DNA of 64,000 bases from a virus, in the IMG/VR virus record IMGVR_UViG_3300025437_000010, positions 32,001-96,000 of that record. One strand, 5' to 3'. The translations under genes were made by a program, and so were the position numbers. Within the stretch, counting starts at the first letter, position 1, and each line of letters starts with the position of its first letter. This document shows, piece after piece, positions 53,393-62,870 of this stretch. The notes beneath the pieces were generated by a model. It did no database searches, was not told the origin of the DNA, and was given only the letters and a program-made list of their open reading frames with translations.

Positions 53393-54001
53393 TGAAATAT
53401 CACGTTCGCCTTACTTCTGAACAGTGGCATGAAATGTATTATCGTATTCCAGAACACAATCAACATACTGGATTTGATAAGTATTATAACTGTGAGACTG
53501 ATGAAATCAAATGTTTGAACACTGACGGAACCGATCACTATCTTGTGTTTGAAACTGAAAAAGATGCAATCATGTGGGTTTTGAAGTATCTATGATAGAG
53601 GTTCATATTTCTCTGGCAAAATATTTTAGTCTTGCCGATGCAAGCCTTGACACAGATGAATTTGAAAAAAAGTTTAATGCATACCCAAAATTATCACCCA
53701 ATATTGCCGTAATTATATTGGTGTTTAAAAATGAACAAGATGCAATTTGGTTCCAATTGAGGTATTTATGACAAAACAAATCATACTAAAATACAAACTT
53801 GTTCGCCGTGGTGAAAAGTGGTGTGTTCGCGTCAAGGGATTGGTGAATACCACCGATTCATTCGGTTTCTGTCATGAGCGTAATATGAGCTATCACATTA
53901 AACAGCACTGGTCTGGTCGGTCCGTTTATGAATGGGATTACGATTTTATCTTTGACAAGGGCTATGAAGCCACTACATTTATTATGGGATATTTGGTATG
54001 A
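53389..54001 (+). CDS. Three small ORFs of the C-terminal-motif family
   Basis: Ends FETEKDAIMWVLKYL, FKNEQDAIWFQLRYL, FDKGYEATTFIMGYLV. Confidence 0.65.
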
Positions 54002-54263
54002 TTATCTATAAAATTCGCCACAAAGAAACTGGAAAGTTTTTGAAGGGGACTCCTACATATCACAGCTATGATAAGGACGGTCGTATTTTTCCGACTATTG
54101 GCAATCTTCGTACCTTTTTAGCCAACATACTAAGATATGATCATACCCGTGGTCATGTTGCGCTTTGGGACATTATTGAGTATGAAATCACTGAAAATAG
54201 TGTCAAGGGTGTTCATGAAGTTATCAAGCCCGAGCAACTTATCAACATGTTGAAGAAATAATT

Positions 54264-54488
54264 ATGTCTGAGTGGCAACTTATTGATACTGCACCAAAAG
54301 ATGGGACAGAAATAATCTGCTGGCCCGGTTTAAGAAAAAACAATTCTTCCGTAATGGGCGCATGGTTGAATACGAGGGGTGGACCATGTTGGTATGATCT
54401 TGCGGTAGGACATCACAATGGATATTGGAAACCCACACATTGGATGCCGATGCCCGAGCCTCCCTCTTTGGAAAATAATCATGAATAA
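54264..54488 (+). CDS. DUF551-like protein
   Basis: WQ.I.TAPKDGT...PTHWMP.P.PP. Confidence 0.75.
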   Translation: MSEWQLIDTAPKDGTEIICWPGLRKNNSSVMGAWLNTRGGPCWYDLAVGHHNGYWKPTHWMPMPEPPSLENNHE

Positions 54489-55925
54489 ACCATATGATTT
54501 AAATGGAAGTGCATATAAAGACCTTCCTAACCGTCTTGAAAAACAGGCTCAAAATGTTGAAAAAGACGGGTGGCTTAATGCTGCCCGTCTTATGCGTAAT
54601 GCTGCCGATGTCCTGCGTGAACTTCACGAGAATAATATTATTAAACTTGACTTGGATGGAGATGATGATGTATAATATACTTTGCCGTATTGGATTTCAT
54701 AGTTGGGTGATACTTGATAGTGTTGGCATGACCAATCCCTACCGATGCAAAAACTGCGGAAAGAGCACGATGAAATGAACGAAGACAAATACAAAGTTGC
54801 ACTGGAAAAACTGATTTCAGTTCTTGACCGTTGCCCTCAATTTGAATCTGGGGCAGGTGGAATGTCCATTGAAGCACAGATGCGTAGAACCTTTATCAAT
54901 CGTGTTCCTGCTATGGCAGTAGAAGATGCACGTAATGTTTTGTTAGGTATTGATGATTATGAGTCCTGAACTTGATCAACATATTAGAGAGAAGTATCCA
55001 CTTATCTTTCAGAACTCATGTGAAATGAGCATCGGTGATGGCTGGTTTGACATTGTAGACAATGCATGTGGTGGCATTCAAACTCATATTGATTATACTG
55101 AACAACTGATTGTAATGGCTATTCATTGGAATAATCAAGTGAACGATCCTGATTTTGATTGGGATGCACACAAAGGCTCTTTTACCAAGAGAGAAGAACG
55201 AAAAGTTCCAGAGCCGGTTGAACAAGTTGTTGCCACACAGATCAAAGAAAAATTTGGCAATTTTCGTTTCTATTATCAGGGTGGCGACGATTATATTCGC
55301 GGGATCGTCAGTATGGCAGAAGCAATGAGTGCCTTAACATGTGAAGAATGTGGACATCCCGGTAAAAAACGAAATAGAAAACATTGGTTTTTGACACTTT
55401 GTGACAAACATGCAGAAGAACAAGGATTTATTCAAGATGAATTTACGAGTACTACTTAAAGCATTAATCCCATCAAAACGAGATATTAAGTTTGCTGGAC
55501 AAGTTTCACTTTTATGCATAGCCATGATGGTGATCGCACTCCCGGTTATACTTGCTGTAGGGACCGCCTTCCTTGGTATTTGTTACCTTATTACTTTCTT
55601 TTTGGGTAGTTATGTCACAAATGTATTCGTATACGTTTTGGGCATATCGTGGTTTTTGTGGATTATGTTCGGTGATACAGTAATGAACAGATACCAAAAT
55701 AATCTCCAAAAAATTAAGGACAAGTAAATGGCAGAAGATCAAAAATTTATCATGGTTGTGATTAGTGTTGTAGTCTATTTATTCATAGCATTTTCTACAA
55801 CACTGACAAATGCCGGTGAGGACATTCATCCTCTTATGGGTGTCTGGTGGCCAATTCTTCTTGTTAGAGAATTATGGAAGTCATTTTATAAGCATGTCAT
55901 CTGTGAAAAGTGGTATTGAATCTGC

Positions 55926-55994
55926 TTGACAATAGATCGGTTATTTGTTATATTTGTTCTTTAGAAAGGATATAACATGACCCGTATCGCTATC
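55926..55994 (+). pseudogene. Relict promoter, RBS and 5' end (MTRIAI) of the metallophosphoesterase
   Basis: TTGACA-N17-TATATT, AGAAAGGA, ATG at 55977; GCTATCCGAC resembles GCTTCCGAC at 56820. Confidence 0.5.
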
Positions 55995-56637
55995 CGACAT
56001 ATGTCGCAGAATATCCTTTGATTTTAGGATGCTTGGATGTTGTTCCATCACGCAACACACCATATATTAGATGAAATGGTAATCCCAATTCTTTACAAGT
56101 ATGTCTAAGATTCCCAAAACATTCTATTTTTTTGCCTAAAGGATCAACAATAAGTATCCGTCTTGCTCTGGGATTATTTTTTCCAGAGTTATCTTTACCT
56201 TTAAAGTTTGCAGATCGTTTCTTCTTAAGTTCATCGGCTTTTTCTTTACCATATAGTTCTTCGTATGATTTACCTTTAAACCTATCTGTAGCAACTTTTC
56301 CTTGTGCCGCTTTCACCTCATCTGTGTGAGTTTTTCCGTACATACCGTTGCCCTCCCCTCGCGCGCCACCACCGTCGCCGTATTCTTCTTTAAGATTAGC
56401 CCACTCTTTACTTTCTACTACATTCCACAAAGCACTGTAATATAGCCCCCATTCCCTAACTTCTTCGTTAGTTTGACATTCTCGCAGGATTTCCGTAGTG
56501 ACATCATATCCATGTTTTTTTATATGGTTTTGCCATCTTTTGCCGGAACCTTTATATTTATGTGGGTCTTGTGTAGTTTTTCCGAGGTAATTGAGACCGG
56601 TTTTGTTATGGGTCTTCTTGTACAAATAAATAGTCAT
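55990..56637 (-). CDS. GIY-YIG homing endonuclease with NUMOD3-like repeats, antisense insertion
   Basis: IYLY...GLNYLGKT...Y.GSG; NGMYGKTHT; late promoter at 56700-56705 (-). Confidence 0.85.
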   Translation of the reverse strand: MTIYLYKKTHNKTGLNYLGKTTQDPHKYKGSGKRWQNHIKKHGYDVTTEILRECQTNEEVREWGLYYSALWNVVESKEWANLKEEYGDGGGARGEGNGMYGKTHTDEVKAAQGKVATDRFKGKSYEELYGKEKADELKKKRSANFKGKDNSGKNNPRARRILIVDPLGKKIECFGNLRHTCKELGLPFHLIYGVLRDGTTSKHPKIKGYSATYVG

Positions 56638-56714
56638 TGCTGATACTCCTTAACAGTATTAGAGGGGATGGGCATTGCGAGTGCCGCGATCCTCACTTTT
56701 ATTTATCTTTTTCG

Positions 56715-56743
56715 TTGACATCAATTAATTTTGATGTTATAAT
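56715..56743 (+). promoter_or_regulatory. Perfect sigma70 promoter TTGACA-N17-TATAAT with internal inverted repeat
   Basis: Consensus match; ACATCAA...TTGATGT. Confidence 0.8.
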
Positions 56744-56774
56744 CAATCTATCATTTAACAAAGGAATCATAATT

Positions 56775-57656
56775 ATGAATCAGAAAGGAAAAGGTGTCGG
56801 AAGTTTGCGTGTTGCAATTGCTTCCGACCTTTAGCTCCACTTGGAATTTGAAACCATTACTCTTCCAAACACAGAAGGAGCAAAGGTTCTTATCCTTGCA
56901 GGTGATATCGTGACTGCATATGCACTTCATGAGAACCCACACCCTATCATTCCTCCAGCAGAACATGTCATCTGGAAGCCAAGTAAAGGCCAACAATTGG
57001 CTATGCGTTTTCGTGAATTCTTTAACCATGTAAGTGCTGAATATGAACATGTAGTTTACGTTGCTGGAAATCATGAGTTTTATCATGGTAAATATCCCGA
57101 TGCATATGACTGGCTTCGTGAAGAAATGAAAAACTATCCAAACATTCATTTTCTTGATCACGATAAAGTTGAAATTGATGGTATCACTTTCCTTGGCGGC
57201 ACACTTTGGACCGACATGAACAAGCGCGATCCATCTACGCTGCAGTTGATTGAAGGCATGATGAATGACTTTCACATTATTCGTAATAGTCAGCAGAACT
57301 ACCGAAAGTTTCTTCCTGTGGACGCGGTAGCACATCATGCGTCTACTTTGGGATATATCAGACAGACGGTTGATGCTGATCCGAGCAAGCAATATGTCGT
57401 AATAGGACATATGGCTCCTACTCCCTTGAGCATTCATGCAAACTACAAAAACGATTACTATATGAATGGTGGATATCATAGTGATCTGTCTGAATTTATT
57501 CTTGATCGTCCTCAGATTACTCATTGGTTCCATGGACATGTTCATAACCCATTTGATTATATGATGGGTGATACTCGTGTTGTGTGTAATCCGCGTGGGT
57601 ATAAAGGGCACGATCCCAATGCTGATCTGTTTCAATTGAAGTTTTTGGATATTTGA
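56775..57656 (+). CDS. Calcineurin-like metallophosphoesterase interrupted by in-frame CTT-TAG-CTC
   Basis: ASD-L-*-L-HLEF, LAGDI, AGNHE, GHMAP, HGHVH, NPRGY. Confidence 0.8.
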
Positions 57657-57680
57657 TAATTAATATAAAAGGATTTAATT

Positions 57681-58591
57681 ATGCACCAACTCACAGTGTT
57701 AATCACTAATCTGTTAAGTTTTGGTTTGGGCTTTATGATCGCTTCCCGTTTCCTTTATGGGAACGCGGTCAAGCAGGTCAGTAAAGATAAGCAGAGACAA
57801 ATGTTTCCTGTATGTATTGCAGAATATATGGAGGGCAACTATTATCTCTACACAGAAAAGCCTCAAACTTTTTTGTGCCAAGCTCCCACCATTGAAGAGT
57901 TGGCCAAGACCCTGAAGAATAACAAGCACATTTCATTGGCTTTTGTCGTATCCAAAGACGTTAAAACTGAAATGTTCTGGTTTGCTGATGGAGAGGCAAC
58001 TCCTACCTCACCTAACTCCATGTTGCCAAAAATTAATAATTAAGGAAAAAGATGAAGATTAATTTAGGACGATATCCCAGTGGATTCGGTATCCAACGTA
58101 AGATAGACATTAATATTGAGAAGTTTGATACATGGAGCTTGGACAACACGCTTGCGCTGATCATTCTCCCTGCACTCATTCAACTTAAGCAATCTAAACA
58201 TGGTGTTCCAAGCGAATTTGTATCTGCAATTGGCGGAGACATGGATAGAAATTATGTTTTTGATTTCATACACGAGGATGAGCGCGCAGTATTTGATAAA
58301 AACTGTGAAAAATGGGAAGAAACGTTTGACAAGATGATTTGGTCATTTCAGCAAATTGTTGATGGTGATTATGATAGTCGTTATCACCATGGTGAATTTG
58401 TTCTTCATTGGAAAAAATCTGAGATAGTATATCCTAATCCTATTACAGGAAAGGATGAAGAGACTTATGAAATGGTGGATGAAAATCCAAACGGTCACTG
58501 GTATGATTATGTGGGACATAGATTACATGAAGAACGTATCCAAGAAGGGCTTGAATTGTTTGGTCGTTATTTCCGAAGTTTATGGGATTAA
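57681..58591 (+). CDS. Two hypothetical ORFs (57681-58043, 58052-58591)
   Basis: RBS-preceded ORFs. Confidence 0.6.
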
Positions 58592-58594
58592 TTA

Positions 58595-59116
58595 ATGAAG
58601 CCTAAATTTATTGATTACTTTATGAAATTTGCTGCACTTACTAGCACACTTAGTTATGCAAAACGATTGAAAGTTGGAGCAGTTATTGTAAAAAATGATA
58701 CTCAGATTATCGCCACTGGCTATAATGGAATGCCGAGTGGATGGGATAATGACTGTGAGTTTAAAGTTTGGGACAATGGGGCAGGAGGATGGCTTTCTGT
58801 TGAAGAGTTTGAATCCCAATATCCATATGAAATGTGGAATGAGCAATCCAGATGTAATGTTAGATATGGATTAAAGACTCGCCCCGAGGTGCTACATGCA
58901 GAAAGTAACGCACTTATGAAGGTGGCAAAAAGCACGGAGTCATCCGAAGGTGCTACTTTGTTTTGCACTCATGCACCATGCATTGACTGTGCCAAACTTA
59001 TCTATCAAGCAGGAATCTCAACAGTATATTACCAAGAACAGTATCGCGACGATGCTGGATTGCGATTTTTGACACAAGGGGGGATTAATGTCCATAAGTA
59101 TACCGACTGCCCATAG
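58595..59116 (+). CDS. dCMP deaminase
   Basis: VGAVIV, GYNG.P.G, HAESNA, THAPC..C. Confidence 0.9.
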   Translation: MKPKFIDYFMKFAALTSTLSYAKRLKVGAVIVKNDTQIIATGYNGMPSGWDNDCEFKVWDNGAGGWLSVEEFESQYPYEMWNEQSRCNVRYGLKTRPEVLHAESNALMKVAKSTESSEGATLFCTHAPCIDCAKLIYQAGISTVYYQEQYRDDAGLRFLTQGGINVHKYTDCP

Positions 59117-59559
59117 AGCCAACATTACTCTCCCTTACGGACAATTACAGCCCATTGTAGAATGGTGTGAACGTAATTGCACTGGAGACTGGCGGTTTAT
59201 GGAAAACGTTGAAGATCAATTTAACGGTTTTGATTTTCTATTTGAATCCGAACGTGACTACGTAGCATTTTTAATCTGGAACAAATGATATGAAGTTTTT
59301 AATTTTTAATCGTGAATCAAACAACTTTGATGACATCCTACAGGACATCAAGACCAATAAAATTGGTTATAAAATACGGTTTCATAACCATTTGATTGTC
59401 GGTTTTGAGAACAACAAAGATGATATGCAGTCACTATTCACACTGAAATATGGCGATGATATGATTAATTTTAGTCATATCATTCCTGATCGCAGTCCCG
59501 TTATGAACAAAGATTATATTCCTGTCAAAAAAATGACTAACCGTCGCCGCAAATCTTGA
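59088..59559 (+). CDS. Two small ORFs of the C-terminal-motif family
   Basis: FESERDYVAFLIW; FTLKYG. Confidence 0.55.
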
Positions 59560-59590
59560 CAATAGCGACGTTTTTTGATATAATAATCTT

Positions 59591-60133
59591 ATGAAAATAA
59601 ACGATTTAATAGAATCCGAACAAATAGGCAAGCCTATTTGCTATGTTGATATGGATGGCGTTCTTGCAGATTTGTATTCTGATGCCGCAGAATTTAGTGA
59701 TGTGGAACACTATAATGATATGACTAATGATCAATGGGAACGCTTCTTTAAGGATTCAGATGCGTATCATTTGTTTCGCGATGTAAAGCCCTTTTCCACA
59801 GCGAACGCACTTATCCAACTCGTGAAGAAATATGCTGGTGGATATACCATTTTAAGCAGCCCTCTAAGATTTGATGAAGGCGGAAGCATCAAAGGTAAGC
59901 GTGAATGGCTACAAAAACATGTGATCATCAAGCCTGATAATGTTATTTTTGAGCGCGAAAAATACAAATACGCAGTTCAGCCTGACGGAACACCAAATGT
60001 CTTAATTGATGATTGGAAGGGAAATACTATTCCTTGGAGCAATCACGGTGGTGTTGCTATCAAATATCAAGCGGATGAGGATTCTCTGGATAAAGTAACG
60101 AATGTGTTACAAAATGTTTTCTGTGATAAATAA
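59591..60133 (+). CDS. 5'(3')-deoxyribonucleotidase (NT5C, HAD)
   Basis: YVDMDGVLAD, ILSSP, K.EW, LIDD. Confidence 0.85.
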   Translation: MKINDLIESEQIGKPICYVDMDGVLADLYSDAAEFSDVEHYNDMTNDQWERFFKDSDAYHLFRDVKPFSTANALIQLVKKYAGGYTILSSPLRFDEGGSIKGKREWLQKHVIIKPDNVIFEREKYKYAVQPDGTPNVLIDDWKGNTIPWSNHGGVAIKYQADEDSLDKVTNVLQNVFCDK

Positions 60134-60155
60134 TAGATATATTTCGGAGATTACA

Positions 60156-61241
60156 ATGACTGATACCAGAGACCTATACAGACTTATCCGCAGCATGGAA
60201 GAAAACCATGAGAGTGATACTATTCAGCTTCATGACCGTGTTGATATTGAACTCAATGAAAATTTTGTCATTGAAACGGGAGTAGTGGGCTTTACAGAAG
60301 ATGGAATCATTCTTCATCTAGATGAAGACGCTGCTGAGTTTCTTGGTTTCCATGGTATTTTGAATGAATCAGAAAATGTTGATGAATACATGAAAATGGG
60401 TGCAGACTCCGATGCATCATCTGCCGGTTCATACATGATGGGTGAAGACAGTAATGACAGTCATCCTGCAGAAGGCGCTATTCGTTGGAGAATTCTTCGT
60501 CAGCACCCAGAATTAGTTGGTAAGTATGGTCCGGTAAGAATTATGGCAGCAATTGAAGACGTAGCACATGAGGTGGGTGACGTTGAAGAAATTGGAAGTT
60601 CAGATGTTAGTGGTTGGGTGAAAGAAGTTGTTCATGCCCTTGAATCTGGTAACTATGATCATTTAGACTCCGATGCTGATAACGATGAACTTAATGAAAT
60701 TAAAAAACTTGCTCATGGAAAAAATGAAGAAGAGTTGGAAGAAGGCTGGAAGACTTGGGCACTCGGTGGTGCTGCAGCAATTGCAGCAATGCTTGGCATT
60801 AGTCACATGGAATATGAAAATGCTATTAAATCTGATCCGCAGTTAGCTAAACTCAATTCGTATTTGGAACGTGCAATTAAAAGCGGCGACGAATATAAAA
60901 TCAAAGAACTAAAAGATCGTCTACAAAAAACATATGATCATTATTCAACCACTGGCGATGAAATTCGTGACGAAACCGGAAAACCTGTTGATCCCATGTA
61001 TGAAGCAGAGTATCAAGGACGTAAAGTTACGCTTAATAAGCCAATGGCAGGTGATGTCGCCAAAAGTAAAGTCTATGTTAAAAAGCCAAACGGTAAAGTA
61101 GTAAAGGTCAATTTTGGCGATCCAAATATGCGTATAAAGAAAAATAGCCCAGGTCATCGTAAATCATTCAGAGCAAGACATCACTGTGAAAATCCTGGAC
61201 CTAAATGGAAAGCGCGCTATTGGTCATGCCGTGCTTGGTAA
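60156..61241 (+). CDS. Late acidic multi-segment protein with a basic C-terminal domain
   Basis: TAAATA at 60127; LNE/LEE/MYE linkers; KVNFGDPNM...RKSFRARH.C...ARYWSC. Confidence 0.7.
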   Translation: MTDTRDLYRLIRSMEENHESDTIQLHDRVDIELNENFVIETGVVGFTEDGIILHLDEDAAEFLGFHGILNESENVDEYMKMGADSDASSAGSYMMGEDSNDSHPAEGAIRWRILRQHPELVGKYGPVRIMAAIEDVAHEVGDVEEIGSSDVSGWVKEVVHALESGNYDHLDSDADNDELNEIKKLAHGKNEEELEEGWKTWALGGAAAIAAMLGISHMEYENAIKSDPQLAKLNSYLERAIKSGDEYKIKELKDRLQKTYDHYSTTGDEIRDETGKPVDPMYEAEYQGRKVTLNKPMAGDVAKSKVYVKKPNGKVVKVNFGDPNMRIKKNSPGHRKSFRARHHCENPGPKWKARYWSCRAW

Positions 61242-61278
61242 AACAAATCGGTGATTAGTATTCTAACTAAATATTAAT

Positions 61279-61461
61279 ATGTCATCCAAATCCAAAAGAA
61301 GCAAAACGAGATATGAGGTCATCACTCAGGAAGATTCCAATGGTGACATGATCATACCTGTGCCCATTCCACTTCTAAAATATTTAGGCTGGAAAGAGGG
61401 TGATGCCGTTGAAATAGGCATTGATGAGCATGGTGAATTATTTTTAAAAAAGGCAAATTAA
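61279..61461 (+). CDS. AbrB/MazE-like small protein
   Basis: IIP.P..LL..LGWKEGD.VEI. Confidence 0.65.
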   Translation: MSSKSKRSKTRYEVITQEDSNGDMIIPVPIPLLKYLGWKEGDAVEIGIDEHGELFLKKAN

Positions 61462-62033
61462 TGATTGATTCTATTATTATTGATGACGAAGAAATTTATA
61501 TGACAAATGATGATGGTGATATTAAAGAAGAAGACAAAACAGAACAGAATTCTATTGACTGGAATGTCATTAGCGGTTTGGCAAATAGCATGAGCATTTC
61601 AAACAGCATATATAATCACCAGACATCTTATGGTATAAGCAATGGAATTCTTTCTGGAGGTGGGGGCACTGTTTATACTGTTGGAAGTGGCGGTGGATAT
61701 AGCGGTGGCGTTGGCAGTTCCGCAACATGGGCAAATCATGCAATAACTGCAGCTTCTCCTTATAACAGTCCAATTTGGTCCACACCATCTATTGCGCAAA
61801 TCGGTTCATCATTAAATGTGTCTGGTGATACAACAATTAATGGAGAACTTACCGTCAAGGGCGTTAAACTATCTGATAGGTTGGACAAAATTGAAGAACG
61901 TCTTGGTATTCTGAGACCAAACACTAAGTTAGAAGAACGCTGGGATGAATTAAAAGAACTTGGTGATAGATATCGCGAACTTGAAAAAGAAATTAAAGAA
62001 AAAGAAGAAATATGGGATTTGCTAAAAAAGTGA
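61461..62033 (+). CDS. Hypothetical G/S-rich protein with C-terminal coiled coil
   Basis: ORF composition. Confidence 0.6.
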   Translation: MIDSIIIDDEEIYMTNDDGDIKEEDKTEQNSIDWNVISGLANSMSISNSIYNHQTSYGISNGILSGGGGTVYTVGSGGGYSGGVGSSATWANHAITAASPYNSPIWSTPSIAQIGSSLNVSGDTTINGELTVKGVKLSDRLDKIEERLGILRPNTKLEERWDELKELGDRYRELEKEIKEKEEIWDLLKK

Positions 62034-62045
62034 TTAAGAATTAAT

Positions 62046-62261
62046 ATGTCTAAAGAAGACACAATTAAAGTAGAGGGCGAAATCATTGATGTTTTGCCAA
62101 ATACTACCTTCAAAGTTAAACTCGAAAATGATATGACTATTTTAGCATATCTTGCCGGTAAGATGCGTCAACATGAGATTCGTATTCTTATGGGTGATAA
62201 GGTATCAATTGAAATCAGCGCCTATGATGTTTCAAAAGGACGAATAGTCAGAAGACTGTAA
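62046..62261 (+). CDS. infA: Translation initiation factor IF-1
   Basis: MSKED.I..EG.I...LPN..F.V.LEN...LA...GKMR...IRIL.GD.V...YD..KGRI. Confidence 0.95.
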   Translation: MSKEDTIKVEGEIIDVLPNTTFKVKLENDMTILAYLAGKMRQHEIRILMGDKVSIEISAYDVSKGRIVRRL

Positions 62262-62306
62262 AGATATATTTCAAAACACATTTGTGCATGCTTGAATAAA
62301 TACAGT

Positions 62307-62867
62307 ATGCGCGAAATAATAAACCTTTTGGAGGCAAAATCAAAGCCTCAAGACATTGAAATCATCCCACTTAACTTCACTGAACGTGAAGTTAATCCTG
62401 TTATGGGTAAAGATACGCTTGATCTTCACTATAATAAGTTAGCAAAAGGATATGCACAACGCTACAATGATGGTGAAGGTGATCCTGACTTTAACTATGC
62501 TGGTGCATTCCTGCATAATATGTGGTTTCCACAATTTAGAGAAGTCAGAGAAAACAACAAACCAAATGGACCAATGTATACCTTTATAAATAAGCACTTT
62601 GGTAATTTTGATAAATTCAAAAATGATTTTCTTGAAGAAGCAATGAAGGTTCAGGGGTCAGGCTGGGTATATCTTGCCTATGACGGCAAAATTAAAACAA
62701 TCAAAAACCATGAAGTCCGAGACGATATACTGCTTCTTGTTGACTGGTGGGAACACGCATTTTTATTAGATTATGGGTCAGATAAGAAGAAATATCTCAA
62801 AGAACTTTGGAAGATTATCAACTGGAATGTGATGTCAACAAGGCTTGGAAAGTCTTGGAGTTCATAA
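62307..62867 (+). CDS. Fe/Mn superoxide dismutase family protein
   Basis: LHY, LHN, GSGWVYL, DWWEHA. Confidence 0.85.
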   Translation: MREIINLLEAKSKPQDIEIIPLNFTEREVNPVMGKDTLDLHYNKLAKGYAQRYNDGEGDPDFNYAGAFLHNMWFPQFREVRENNKPNGPMYTFINKHFGNFDKFKNDFLEEAMKVQGSGWVYLAYDGKIKTIKNHEVRDDILLLVDWWEHAFLLDYGSDKKKYLKELWKIINWNVMSTRLGKSWSS

Positions 62868-62870
62868 ACA

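Noticed and set aside
55993-56801. Invertible segment bounded by TCCGACA/TGTCGGA
   Set aside because: The repeat is only 7 bp, inversion does not restore the phosphoesterase frame, and no recombinase is nearby.
56751-57635. Long antisense ORFs (this 294-aa one, 6790-7419, 33305-33883, 44892-45473 and others)
   Set aside because: They are shadows of well-supported + strand genes and have no motifs or RBS.
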